From Octopus vulgaris (Eukaryota), in contig OX597824.1 in the NCBI GenBank assembly GCA_951406725.2, forward strand, positions 62,930,001 to 62,994,000: a stretch of DNA of 64,000 bases, read 5' to 3'. A program made the position numbers and the translations under genes. Shown here one piece after another: positions 27,175 through 42,084 of this stretch; positions within the stretch are counted from its first letter, which is position 1, and each line of letters begins with the position of its first letter. The notes beneath the pieces are model-generated. The model did no database searches. It was not told the DNA's origin and worked only from the letters and a program-made list of their open reading frames with translations.

Positions 27175-28080
27175 AACAATGAATTTTATAACTCTGCCTT
27201 ACTTAAAGCAGGCTATACAGAAAAAGTTACTTACATTAATTCTATTCAAACTTATTCTGCCTTTAGTAATGGAGATATGAAATCTAGTGGTAACGATATG
27301 AACGATTTCAATTTTATTTTTGTTATTTTATACGCCAACACCAAACAGAGGAAGGCTTTTTACAATATAAGGGCGATAACCTTTATTAACCCCCTCTCCC
27401 TTTTTTTTCATTCTAAAGTTAAATCGATGTCTTTTGAAGATAGTTACACTAAAAATAAGGCAACTACTTGCAAAACTATTTGGTTGATTATTCCTTATGA
27501 GAGGCAAATTAAATCTAGTCTTCCTTCCCACTTTCGAGAAGCTATTAGGAATTTTCCAAAGACTTCTAGGTATTACTCGATTATCAACGCGCACGCGGCT
27601 AGGATTGATTTTGCCAGTACATATATATATATATATATATATATATGATGTCTGTAGCCACGTACCTACATTTGTATGTTTAGTGCACATACATATATTA
27701 TAAATTGTTTTGGTATGTGTATGTATTGTTACATGTATATTTAATTTAGCGTGAAAACTTTTATTTTAACGGATATATATTTTCATGTATTAATTTATTA
27801 TTATTTTTACAGCTAATTCTTTATAAGCTATTTTTGATCTAAGGTTTTCTCCGAATCTTTATTATAATATGATTTTAAAACCTCATTTGTTATTTCAAGC
27901 AACCAGTTATTGAAAATACCATTAGTTGAAAGGACCAATGAAACAACATCATTTTCAAATGTATATCTATCAAAGTAATTGTATTTCTGCATATAACTTC
28001 ATCTTGCTCCATTCTAAACAAAACTGTACGACGAACGGGAACGTGAAACTCTGAGTAACTGTTTTTGCTATATTTTTACT
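27175..28080 (+). mobile_element. Penelope-like fragment plus 3' pLTR-like tail with hammerhead relic
   Basis: FYNSALLKAGY, TIWLIIPYERQIK..NFPK..YYSIIN resemble the PLE RT C-terminus/linker; fold 28020-28065 AAAACTGT ACGACGA ACG GGAA CGT GAAA CTCTGAG TA ACTGTTTT. Confidence 0.7.
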
Positions 28081-28097
28081 ATATTTTTGCTGTTTTT

Positions 28098-28128
<31 letters not shown>

Positions 28129-28134
28129 TATTTA

Positions 28135-29306
<1,172 letters not shown>

Positions 29307-30089
29307 TATATACAATAACAGACATACCAACAATTCAACATACCTCCATCATCAGCTGTCCCATGGATATCACTATGTTTTCGACACCTAGGTAGTACCA
29401 TTCAATCCGACGATGTGAACAGCGCTAAGATAAGTGTTGTTAGTGAACAAAATACCATAGATATTACCACATTCATTCAATCTTAATTTTAGAAAGGATT
29501 AAACACTAACGTTATTAAACAACAATATACGTCTCTATGTGCATACGAATATTGTTTTATATATGTGTGTGTATGTATCTATGTATGTGTGTGCGCGTGT
29601 GTTTCTACGAATAACGCAAACATAGCCACCATCAGCAAGAGAAATATATAGGATAAAGTACTTAAGCAATTCCATTTCAAGTTGAAACTTATAATGTATC
29701 CTAGTGTATTTTGAAAGTTAAATCACATGCTTTTGATCTTCGTTCTAGGAATATTGACTTGAAACTAAAGAGCAACAACAATACAATTAGCAATAACAAT
29801 ATAACCACCATGACAGTACAACATCCGTCCACCACAATAAGATCTAAACCAATGCAACGCACGTCACCATTTTTTGACTCTAACTGGCTACATCAGATGT
29901 CAGCCTGTATATGTGTGTGCATGAGTGGGTGTGCCTGTATGTGTGTGATTGTGTTTGTGAATATGTTTTTGAGTGTTTGTATATGAGTGTGTATTTATTC
30001 AACATACACTCATAAGCCAGAAGTATAAGCGTAAGTAGAAAGTCTGCACCGGGACACCTAACAACATTAAACGACATTTCTGATAATGT

Positions 30090-31168
30090 GAGATTGTATA
30101 TGAACCCAAGAACACAGTTTATTTGTTGCAGACTCTAGACCAATGTGTAATATCCAAATTCAAGGCATATTATATCAGAAAAAACTTAACAGGAATGATA
30201 ATCCTACAGTTACAGATTTCTTGGAAGAAATTCAACCTAATATATGTGGTTAATAAAGCTGAGTCAAAGGGTGAAGTGAAACATTCAACTTTGAATAATA
30301 CTTGGAAAAGAAGATGAAAAGACAATATTCGTGACGTCACCAATTTTCGTCAAGCAGAAAGTGCACATCAAATTCGGTAAGATATTGTGACTCTTGCAAA
30401 GTGTGTAGGATTTGTAAAGTTCATAGAGGATGATGCGATTGAGTGTCCCAGAAAGAAAATATATCTAACTAGGAGCTGCTTCTGTTAGAAAAACAACAAG
30501 CTGGGAATACAGATGAAAGAACGGAATTTCCGCCTGCACCACTTAAATTGGCTACAAAGATTTTTGCTAATGCGTTGGCATTTATAGAGGGAGATCTGCA
30601 GATTTTTATGATAATCATCCCAGTCGCGACCGTAAAGGAAAAAAATACCAAAGATTACCATGAGCTGAGCTCCTATATTGAGCTATACAAAGAGATGATA
30701 CATCATAAATAACAAACTCCTTTGGATAAGTTATTCACACCCACAAACTGATGTTCGTGCTAATGAGGTAATAAATAATATTGTCCCTCATCCTCCTGAT
30801 AACGCTATTCCACCATAATTTCTCACGCAGTGGTCAACATCTATTTTGTTAAAAACGTACTCATACGAGATTGTGATTCTTATTAATTTCCAAACGTATT
30901 CTTCTTGGAATGTTTTTCTATTTTTACGTGTCTTCATGGCACTGTATATGTTTAGAAATTGTTATTTTCATGTATAAAGCTGGTAATGTTGCCTGTTCTC
31001 TGTTGCTTTACTTGCGCTTCTTTATTTATTTTCGATATATTCCATAGGAACGCAATCTCACTAGATGATATGAAAATCAATAGGAAAACAAATTTCGCAT
31101 AAAGGAATTTCGTGTTACGGCCAGATTTTTAGGAACGCATTACTTCCGTAAAGTAGGAGATTTCTGTA
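30090..31168 (+). mobile_element. pogo/Tigger-like DNA transposon 3' fragment
   Basis: LLQTLDQCVISKFKAYY (QPLDQG motif), WKKFNL..EVKHSTLNNTWK; TIR-like end ..GGAGATTTCTG-TA. Confidence 0.8.
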
Positions 31169-31185
31169 CTCACATAAAAGCTTAC

Positions 31186-31263
<78 letters not shown>

Positions 31264-31818
31264 TCACACTGAGTCAGTTAACATAGGGCCCACAATCTCT
31301 TTATTGAAATACAACTGGGTTTTACTGGATGATGTTACTGGCAATTAACATAATGACTCAACCATTATAGAACACGCATACATCTACATTAGTAGCTCTA
31401 GAATGTACACACACATTCCGTCCTTACACTACACATTTTTATTGTGATTATCTGTAACTCTGAACTTGAGATTAGAAAATTAGATGGCTCAAGCATTTTC
31501 TAGCACGTAAGTGAATGGATTATTGCATTTCTGACATAACATATGCTATGCCCTGTAAGGTTATACTCTGTAAGGTTAGCATATGTTCTGCTTGATTTTC
31601 ATATAATTTTCAAATATCATTTATGTATGAACATTAAAGTTCATCATGAGATTGTGGGAGGTTCCACAACGAAGCGAGAACAAAATTAGTTAAATCCATG
31701 AGATTTGAATTCATTATTTCGACACATTTGCCTGAAGTTGAGTGTACTGAAGAAAGCCAGTGACGTCCTCTGCAAGAAGTCACATTGTCGAGTATATACC
31801 TAATAATTGGGACCATAA

Positions 31819-32220
31819 TTCTTTTCTCCACTAGGCACAAGTCCCGAAATGTTGGGGGAGAGGGGCCAGTCGATTAGATCGGCCCCAGTACACAAATGGT
31901 ACTTATTTAATCGACCCCGAAAGGATGAATGGCAAAGTTGACCTCGGCGGAATTTGAACTCAGAACGTAGCGGCAGACGAAATACCTATTTCTTTACTAC
32001 ACACAAGGAGCTAAATACAGAGAGGACAAACAAGCACAGACAAACGGATTAAGTCGATTATATCGACCCCAGTGCGTAACTGGTATTTATTTAATCGACC
32101 CTGGAAGGATGAAGGGCAAAGTCGACCTTGGCGGAATTTGAACTCAGAACGTAAAGACAGACGATATAATGCAAGGCATTTCGTCCGGTGTGCTAACATT
32201 TCTACCTGCTCGCCGCCTTA
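31819..32220 (-). mobile_element. Dimeric tRNA-derived SINE with 17-bp TSD
   Basis: Two tandem cores with B box GAGTTCAAATTCC; TSD AATAATTGGGACCATAA at 31802-31818 and 32221-32237. Confidence 0.92.
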
Positions 32221-32765
32221 AATAATTGGGACCATAAGCAGAGATTGGACAAAAAAAAAGGCATAACCTTAACGATTAAAGTTAATCCGTTAATGTCAAA
32301 GTAATTGACTGACAAAAATGTTTCATTACTTACTATTAGAATTATAATGTAGCTTAGTTGAAGAAAGCATTTGCTCAGGAACCAATATTTATTTAATATC
32401 CTAATTCATATTTCTTGAATTCAAGTTACTCGGTTTTGACATAAGTATTTTCAAAAACATTTTCAGCACATAACTAAAACCAGTCGAGGAAATTTCGGCT
32501 AACGGCAATAATATTTTAATACACAAAAGTCACATACATTTATGTTCATAGTATGTTCTGTTTTCACTTTATTTAATTTATAGACGAGTAACATGTATTC
32601 ATAGAATCATTAAATATATGAAAAGAATTACCACTAATATTAATAAATATACTTGCGTTATATTAATTTCCCTTCATCGTTATATCACTTTATATACGTG
32701 TGTGTGTGCGCATGTATGTGTGTATACATATGTATATATATGAGTGTATATATATATATATATGG

Positions 32766-32798
<33 letters not shown>

Positions 32799-32822
32799 TA
32801 TATATACGTATATATATATACG

Positions 32823-32859
<37 letters not shown>

Positions 32860-33378
32860 TATATATGTATGTATGTATGTATGCATATATATCAGAAGCG
32901 TGTAAATATTTGAATTTTTTCCTTTACTTTAATGTTGATATTTTAAAACATAAACCAACCGTTCCATAATTCTAATAATGTGATGTAACACTCTGATTAA
33001 GTATATCCCGTTTAATAAATGATCATTAAAACGAGCAGTATATTTTATATTTTTCATTATATTTTAATTAACATCATAGTCCATTCGTTATATTCCTTTT
33101 GATCGGTGGTATCTCACGTGGTGATTAATTAGTTCTTCTTGAATAAAATTTAAAGATATAAACGAAAAGATAAATTTGATCTCATTTAGCATTAGCTGTA
33201 TCCATGTCTATATCCCTATCATATATCTATCTATCTATTTGTCTGTTTGTTTGTTTGTCTGGCTTTGTCTCTCAATATATATAGAGAGAGGGGGCAGTAG
33301 GGACGGAGAGAGGGGGAGAAGGGGAGAGAAGGGGAGAGAAGGGGAGGAAGAAAGGGGGAGAGAGGTTTAAGGAAGAAT

Positions 33379-33790
33379 GATACGATCGATAAGATGAACC
33401 ACTATTACCTTTTGTGTGCACAGATTATGACAGATCATACCTTTCATTTGCTGGTTCAAATCTCATTTACGAAAGCATGGAAAACGAACCCCTACCAACT
33501 ATACTGCCTATATACCTGTGCACACCTTTCAATGAAATGTATACCAGAAGGTCTTTCAAATCTAACGGAGGCCTCAAAGTACATTTTAAAATCCACAAAG
33601 ATCGGAACTTATCTGCAGCTCTTGGTGGTCAAAATCGGATATGCAATCTAGATTGGAGTCTTTTCCAAAGCATTGTCTGGTTTAAAAAGCCACATCAGAT
33701 GCCGTGATAGTTCTAATTTGTATGTACAGGAGGTGGTCAAACCCTGCATAAGAAGTAGACAGCCACCATATATATATATATATATATATA
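33379..33790 (+). mobile_element. Probable RTE-like LINE 3' fragment encoding decayed C2H2 fingers, flanked by ~210-bp direct repeats
   Basis: Frameshifted KSHLRKH, FKSNGGLKVHFKIH, GLKSHIR; (TA)n tail; direct repeats 33159-33378 and 33791-33995. Confidence 0.65.
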
Positions 33791-34056
33791 TAAATGAAAA
33801 GATACATTTGAACTCATTTAGCATTAGCTGTATCCATGTCTATATCCCTAACATATATCTATCTGTCTATTTGTCTGTTTGTTTGTTTGTCTGGCTTTGT
33901 CTCTCTCTATATATATATAGGGAGAGGGGGAGTAAGGAGGGGGAAAGGAGGAGAAGGGGAGAGAAGGGGAGGGGGAGAGCGATTTAAGGAAGAATAGAAA
34001 TACAAAATGGCTGACGGTTAGTAAGGAGAGACACAAATAAGAAAGAAGAAAACAAA

Positions 34057-34101
34057 GGACCACTGATGCGGTCACAGGAGTGTGACGAAAGAACTCTGGC
34101 C
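34057..34101 (+). ncRNA. Minimal hammerhead motif (A9->C, probably decayed)
   Basis: GGACCA CTGATGC G GTCACA GGAG TGTGAC GAAA GAAC TC TGGCC; perfect 6-bp stem II. Confidence 0.65.
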
Positions 34102-35559
34102 GAAATAAGATTAAGATTAATGTAAAAAATAAATAACACTCAAGCAAAGTAACACCAAATATATAGTGCGTGTGTTTTTATTGGCTAAACAAGCAAAATG
34201 ACCATTCCGAAATATAATAATATATATATATGCATGTATATATATGTATATATATATATATGTATATATATGTATATATATATATAGTTAATTTGAGGAA
34301 GGTAAGTCCTCATTAGGGATTATATAATTCAAGCTATTCTACTGGTTCAATCCATATCATAAAAGCATTTGTATATGATTAAGATTATTGAAGACCAAGG
34401 AGAAGATAATAAGGAATACATCGATATAATCACTGATTTATTTGCATGTTGTAGAAAGATGACGTTTTTATTAAAAGAACATTACAAATAAAAAAAAATT
34501 GAAAGATGAAAGCTCAAAAAAGTTCAGAAAAAATGCAAGAAGAACCTACATTTATATTTCTTTGAAACCAATAAGATGATGAGAATCTCCAAAACATGTT
34601 TAATGTCAAGGAAATTGCTGCATTCATACTATTTTATGGTTGGACTTCTTCGGGATTCAAAAAGAGCTAACTCTACTTAGTTAATCATTATATCTTTTGA
34701 GGGAAGTGTGATGTTAGGTTGAAGATTATATTTGATTGGTAGATTTTGAATAATTGTGGATATACTATATACATATACAAAATTTAACAAATAGTAAACA
34801 AATAAATAAATACAAAAATAAATAATTAAATAAATAAAAATAAATAAACAAGAAGAGAGAAGTGTGCAAAAGTAATAAATATGATTATAATATAATAAAT
34901 TTGAAAGGTAAGTGAAATAAGAATAATAATATAAAAAGTAATGTAATGTACAATGAATCTAATATAAGAAGAATTAAATTCTATGGTTGATTCTTATTGG
35001 TTTAGTGAGAAATACCTATGTTGTGATGCTTCAGGATTGATAGGTATTTGGAAAAAAGACGTTGTAATGCCTGAACAGTTGGGATTATTTATCGACCGTT
35101 ATTGATTAGTGTATGTAAGTTAATACTTGAATGCACTTGAGAGGTTAACAAGAATAGGGTAGGAAACATCATGTATATAGTGGCTCATACGTATTTTAAG
35201 TGAGCATCTATGTACAGAAAATAAATAAATAAATATGCATATGAACACATATATATATATATGCGCATATGGATGCATGCGTATAGATAAACATAAATCA
35301 TAAACTTAAACAGACGCATACACATATATACAAAAAGTATATGCAACCATATGGATATGGATACAGAAAAAACACACCTATATAGGTAGGGAAATTGACA
35401 AAATATAGCAGAAAGGGGGTTTATAGGGAAAACCAAAAGGGGTGGGGATTTCTAATAGGTATTTAATTTATAGGTATATTATTAGGCTAAGTGAAATAGT
35501 AGATGTTTAAAAATCAAATTTGTCTTAATATTAGTAATACTAGACGACAGGAAGATCTG

Positions 35560-37390
35560 TAACTTCAATATCTTCAGATTCAATTGTTGTTTCGTAAGTT
35601 TCACTAGAGGCACGTGTCTCAAATTCATGATCCTCTAGATTCCTGGTCCTACATTGCTGCCTATTGAAATGTCTGGCCAGTAGCCATGCCAAATCAATTT
35701 CCTCTGCTACCATGAATTCTTCGTCATACTGACCTAGCTGGAAGTCTGGATAATGTGGACTTTGGAAATGTGTTGGATTTCCAGTAGTGTTAGTCTCTTT
35801 TACATCTGGTAGTGACTTGGGTACGTCTACCTATTTCAAGTCAGTAACTTGATTGAGATGTAATGGGTCACTGAAAATCTCCTCTCTAGTATGGGTTGTT
35901 TCCTCGTATACAGCCATGTATGTGCCATAAAAAGAGTTTCTACCATCTGCAATGTCTACCTGACTGTCAATGTTGTCCAGTGGCCCCAAAATAGGTTTGT
36001 CCTTGCTAAGATTAGCTGGAATATATATTTCTTCATGTTTCTTCAAATTGTCCTTCACTGTACAATCAATCTGTGAAATATGTTTTGTTACCTTGTTGTT
36101 TGTATCCCAAATCCAGCATGGTGAAGAAAGCCAAATTTCTCTCTTGCTTCTGTGTGCATGTTTGTAATGCAAGGAAATTCCACATGTTAGTGGTGTTTCA
36201 GTTGCCGAATGATATTTATAAACATCAGATTTTGCCTTGTATGACATTTGTGCATTTGTATGACTTGTGAACCTGGATTATTTGTTGTGCTAAATTTTGG
36301 CATATTATGTTGGTTGTATTTCTTCTATCTTTCCTTGTCCCGATCCTCGTACCTTCAATAATCCAACGGAGCAATGAATACAGCTCATGTGGTATATATA
36401 TTTCACCCTCATTCAGGGAATCCCTAAAGTTTCAATGGTTATTTCTGACTTTATGAATTGCATGTCTTATTATCCTGCTTGCATCAAAAGGCTTTTGAAT
36501 GTCTTTCTCTTGACTGGCTACATCCAGCTATAGAAGAGGAGTGCTCACTAAGAATTAATACTGGTTAGTTTCGAACAGGTCTTATAAAATTTGGTAATTT
36601 TCCAGTGTTTCAAAATCTTTTCGTTTCCATGTGTACGATTTATTCCTACATTAATTATACTATCGTCATTCATGCATTCTTTGTTGAACTTCTCTACCTA
36701 TATTGTAGACATAATTTTGTCACCTTCTAAAAACAGTTGTAAATCTGCAAAGAATTAAATTTCTCTTGTAATGCTTTGTTTTCTTTTCATCAGTAAGACA
36801 TCTTCCACTGGTGCTTCTAGACGCTTTAGAAGAGCAATACTTTACTCACTGTTTTGTCATACAATATTTTGCATTATATTATATCTTTTCATAGCAGTGT
36901 ATCTTAGCTATGATTACTGAATGGTATACATCCCAGCTGTCATTATCACTTTCCTGCACAATTTCATATATTTGATTCCCAATATTCTCAGTGTTGCATG
37001 CATGTACCTTTCCTGATTCTTTCCCTTGGTAAAAGAAGCATTGAGGTCTTTGGAATGATTTTGATCTTGTGAAAGAGCTAGATGAAACTGATGGCTCTTG
37101 ACCATTGGGAGGTGTGATGGATGGGCGACCGCGCTTGCATTTAAGGGGTGATATTTTCTCATTTACTATTGTTGCATCATATCTAACCTTTTTTTCTCTG
37201 CAGATGGTCTGAGCTGGTTGCACTGGAATAACATTTTTCTACGGCAGAATGCTTGTTGTTTTATATCAAATAATCTGCAGTAATGCCCTTAGCAAGTCTT
37301 TCTTTCAAAGTAATAACTTCTAGATCTTTCAAGTCGGCCAAAATGTTCATTTGCCATACGAATTTTTTAAATGTTCTTAGAGCTGGATTT
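35560..37390 (-). mobile_element. Decayed large DNA-transposon ORF, probably an Academ-type transposase N-terminal half
   Basis: ETPLTCGISL..HRSK, YIPANLSK..LDNIDSQVDIADGRNSFYGTYMAVYE (35831-36247); CFFYQ..VHACNT (36879-37223). Confidence 0.55.
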
Positions 37391-37399
37391 CTTACTTGA

Positions 37400-38050
37400 T
37401 GGTCAATCTTCATCTAGTTATTCTATTAACGCTGGGATTCCTCACGCTTCTGTCCTGGGCCCAACACTCTTCTTTAATTAATGATATACCTGATCATATC
37501 ATCTGTCAGCTAGTAATGTATGCTGACGACTCTACTTTGTACTCTTGTTTGGACAAACCTGGCGACTTGCCTGATAAGGTTGAGATCACTGGTAACCTTG
37601 AGAATGATATTCGATCTATTGTTGAGTTGGGTAGGGACTGGTTTGTAACGACTACTCCATCGAAAACTAAACTTCTTTCAATTAATCGCTTCAGACACCC
37701 TTTCTTGCCACCGGTTTCGATGGATGGTATTGACTTACCTAAGAGCTATTCTCTTCAACTCCTAGGGGTCATTTTCAGTAATGATTTTTCTTGGAGGACT
37801 TACATTGAATATATTGCCAAATAGGCTGCAATAAAGGTAGGCACACTCCTTTGTTCGAGGTGTTATCTTACTCCTGAGATTATTCTTTATCATTATAAGT
37901 TCACCATTCGCACCATTCACCATCAGTTTGATGTTTTCCTGTAGAAAAGCATTGGTCGAACAGGCCTTTGTATGAAAGCTCCCTCGACAAATAAGAATAT
38001 ATAGCAAGCGATTGTTCTCCTTGGATCATGGATCTCAACAGATATTTTAA
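37400..38050 (+). mobile_element. CR1-like RT fragment
   Basis: NAGIPHASVLGPTL, INDIP, MYADDSTLY, LLGVIFSNDFSW. Confidence 0.85.
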
Positions 38051-38269
38051 GAAGGCTGGGAAATGTGTTCTTTGCTTCTCACAAAATGTGCACCAGTACG
38101 AAACTTGCAAGCTAACACGCGGGTGTAGCAATCGCCACACACAGGGACATCTCTTCCCTGAATGAATATTATTTTCTGCCACGGTTGGGGGTATTCTGCA
38201 GACAGACCAAAGGTAGACTGATAGAGAGTAATGGCCTCGCTAGATTAAAAAATCCCATCACAACAATGT

Positions 38270-38320
<51 letters not shown>

Positions 38321-38892
38321 TATATGCGTGTGTATGTGTCTGTCTGTCTGTCTGTCTGTCTGTGTCTTTGTCTCTGTGTGCGTGTGTGTGAGTATGTATG
38401 TATGCTTCTGTGTGTATGCGTATGTGCACTTATACATAGTTACACAAACACAAATACATATATACACGAACAAGCGCACACACTTACATATAATGCACTT
38501 TTTTTAGTTATGTATATACATACACATGTGTATATATGTTGTATTTGTGCGTGGTTGCTTCTTCGATGAATTTGCTTTGTCTATGATGTCGAGGAAATTT
38601 GTTTTTTGGTTACTGTCAAATGTTATAGTTTTCTGTCATTAGTATTCCTGTCAAAAAAGCTGGTGGAAATGTATGCACCTTCTCCAGAGAGTTTGATTGG
38701 TAAAATTCTTGTTCTCATTTCCTGATTAAACCAAGAGCAAAAATAATATTAATATCGCTAATAACAATAGTCAATAATGGTTGAAAATCATCCTTATTAG
38801 ATTTTAATGCACGCTTTGCATAAAACGATAACGAAATAGCGGATATTTGTATGTGCGTGTATATATGTATATATATATACATACATATATGA

Positions 38893-38927
<35 letters not shown>

Positions 38928-40289
38928 CACATGTTCATATTTGTATATACATATATGTGTGTAAGTGTGTGTGTGCGTCTTATGTGTGTATGTCTGTGCG
39001 TGTGTAAAGTGTAAAGTGAAGAACGTTATTTGTCCGGTGCGCTAAATTACCATTTAGCGAGAATATAATGATATTTCGACTTCGCGGTGCCAAACTATGT
39101 ACGACGATATCACATATAATCTTATTATTCATCAAATTATCTTTTAAAAATGCCAAATCTTTGGGCAATCCTCTATTTTCTGTTGCAATTTTATCGTTTC
39201 TATTTGTTGCTTTTGAATTTTGAAAGTTGTAGATAGAATGCTAAAAAGATATTAATGTCGATTATAATTCATTAGTAATATCGAAATCTTAACTAGTCCA
39301 CATTAATCCCTAGTATTTTTTTATATAACTGTTGATGCAAATTGAAGCGAAACTAACGATCTTTTCCGATTAGCAGACTTCATAATCTGTCCGCGAGGGT
39401 ACATCAAATTTATTTCAAGTTATGCTGCAAAATATTTTCATTCTTAATTTATTAATATCATAGCAAAGCTTTTATTTCTAATTTCAATATAAATTGAAGT
39501 TTATAACTCTATTTCAAAATCTTTCATTATGGCTTATCACAACGTGAATAATTTCTTCTTACTATTAATTGCCAGTTGGAAAAAGAATTTAAATTATCGT
39601 ACTGACGTTTCTAATCTAAGACTTCATTGTATCTAACAACATATTATATCCTGTAAAACATATCCACAAAAATATCATTCCTCCTCCCAATACATTGATT
39701 TGATACTCGCAAGGGAATCACCATTAGTCACTGCCTCGAAGAGAAACTGGCCTTGCACATAAGTTACCTCGAACTTTGTACTGATAAAAGAGTTATCTTG
39801 GGGTAATCTCCTCACCTATCCTACGAACATATATTCAAATGGAATGTCATAGGGATACATCATTGAAAATTATTCGACCACAAAGTTTTATCAGAAAAAT
39901 GTTAGTGTATAAATGACATAAGATTGGAAAACATGAGAACTCAGAGTAAACAAAAGAATATGTACTCGCTTGAAATATGTCAGGTTTTCCTCTAATTACA
40001 TATTACACATGCAACATTATTTGCAAAGAGAATTACACAATAACCAGGATAATCGTAGAACAAAAAACCATTCAGGGTTGGAATCAATTGGATCGTTTTC
40101 TGGACTACCCAGGCTATCGGCTATAATATGAAGGGCGTGATAGGATAACAGCAACACAAATGGGGAAATTTATCAAAATAACAACCTCTTCAACATGAGA
40201 TTGAATACGTTAAATAATAATTATTACATGTTAAATGCTGAGAGTAAATAACTATATACAAGGTGTTCAACATTCATCTCTATTTCATT

Positions 40290-41150
40290 AGCATTGACAA
40301 TATGTCGTCGTCTTCATCGGTTTTATCTAGTATTTATTTTATTCTTTGCTGAAAGCTTCCTTTATCGTGATACCATTGCTGAATCTGTAGACCAATTCTT
40401 GCATAGAAAAATCAATGGAATTGAGTGCATGGCACTGTTGGTGGAGGGCGTGGTTGATTTTCCCTCCTGTCTTCGATTTCTGCGACGTTTTTGGTTCCGA
40501 TGGTGATGAAACACCTCCACTTGATTCGGTCTTGGGCTTGTGTTTCAAAAGATTTCATTTCAATTCCAGTTGCTTTGCATGGGTACTTGTATCTTTGAAG
40601 AGGGCAACCAAATGCTCTTTTTCATGAAATGATCTCACTGAATAAGACTTGACGTGGGAAACTTGACTGCATGTCCTGTCCCTCGAAAACGATGTTTCAT
40701 GGTCAGCGATTCGATTTTTTGACCGTTACCTCTCTCCAGAACGTTGTTGTTGATCACATTCTCTTCCAATTTGATGCTCAAGATTTGAGCGAAACTTTTG
40801 TTGGCGAAAACGTTCTAAATTTTGGATGTCACGATGGTTTAGAGTGCAGGTTTCACATCCGTCTTGCAAGGATGAAATGAAAATAGACTTATAATGCATA
40901 ATTTACATTGTTAAAATACGATCTTTGCTGGTGAAAGCACATTTGGTTACCTTTTCCTCAAGTGCAGCTTCAATTCTATGCTCCACATCTCTTCCCAGAG
41001 TGCACTTAGTGTTAAACGGTTGCCTAAATATGGAAACTATTCTACTCTTTCGAGAGGTCTATCTGAGATCGTACCATCAAAACCTGGTAAGATGACATTT
41101 GGGGTTGGTTATACAAGGACTTGTTTTTCTTGATATATACTGTAAAGCAA
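40290..41150 (-). mobile_element. RTE-clade LINE 3' fragment
   Basis: GCETCTL..LERF, FPRQVLFSE..KRAFGCPLQRYK, FETQAQDRIKWR, PCTQ..FYARIGL. Confidence 0.8.
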
Positions 41151-41164
41151 TGTGATTGTCAGGA

Positions 41165-41203
<39 letters not shown>

Positions 41204-41240
41204 AAAAAGGAGATGTCGAACACGAGTTGTGATATATAAA

Positions 41241-41550
41241 AAAGGAAATGAAGAAAATGCTGACAAAATAATTGAAGTAATTTAAGTAATTTAATTAGGT
41301 GAAAGTTCTTTTTACCGGTTGCGCATTTGTTATGCTTATCAAAATATAAAAGAGAGATTAGAGTTCCTTCCTGATAGATTTTTTTCTCTTATCTCTTATT
41401 TTTCCTTATAAGTGGAAAAAATCTATCAGGAAGGAACTCTAATCTCTCTTTTATATTTTGATAAGCATAACAAATGCGCAACCGGTAAAAAGAACTTTAA
41501 CCTAATTAAATTACTTCAATTATTTTGTCAGCATTTTCTTCATTTCCTTT
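41241..41550. repeat. Near-perfect inverted repeat (~135-145-bp arms, ~30-nt spacer); each arm has a variant hammerhead-like motif
   Basis: AAAGGAAATGAAG..CTGATAGATTTTTT mirrored by AAAAAATCTATCAG..CATTTCCTTT. Confidence 0.93.
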
Positions 41551-41584
41551 ATATATATATATATACCCTTTATATGCATGAATA

Positions 41585-41649
<65 letters not shown>

Positions 41650-41659
41650 CATGTGAGAT

Positions 41660-41884
41660 TTTTATTTTACTTGTTTCAGTCATGTGATTGCGACCTTGCT
41701 GGTGCACCGCTTACAAGGGTTTTAATCGAACAAAACAAACCTAGGACTTATTTATTAAGCCTAGTACTTATTCTGTCTGTCGCTTTCGCCGAAATGCTAA
41801 GTTACTGGGACGTAAACACACCAACAACGGTCGTAAGGGGACAAATACTCAACACACACACACGTACACACACACACACACACG

Positions 41885-41932
<48 letters not shown>

Positions 41933-42080
41933 CGACAGGCTTCTTCCAATTTTCGTCCACCAAATCCACTCACAAGGCTTTGGTCAGCCCGAGGCTAATG
42001 AAGCTATAGCAGAAGACACTTCAAGTTGCCATGCAGTGAGACCGAAGTTGGAACCGTGAAGGAAGTTACACCTGCGCGTA
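41660..42080 (-). mobile_element. SINE of the 6418-6843 family
   Basis: CTTGTTTCAGTC.. and CAAATCCACTCACAAGGCTTTGG are the reverse complement of that family. Confidence 0.85.
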
Positions 42081-42084
42081 CATC

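Noticed and set aside
31640-31690. IVGG trypsin-like motif
   Set aside because: A stop follows within nine codons and no protease motifs are present.
40339-40548. 69-aa minus-strand ORF
   Set aside because: It is an alternative frame of the RTE C-terminus.
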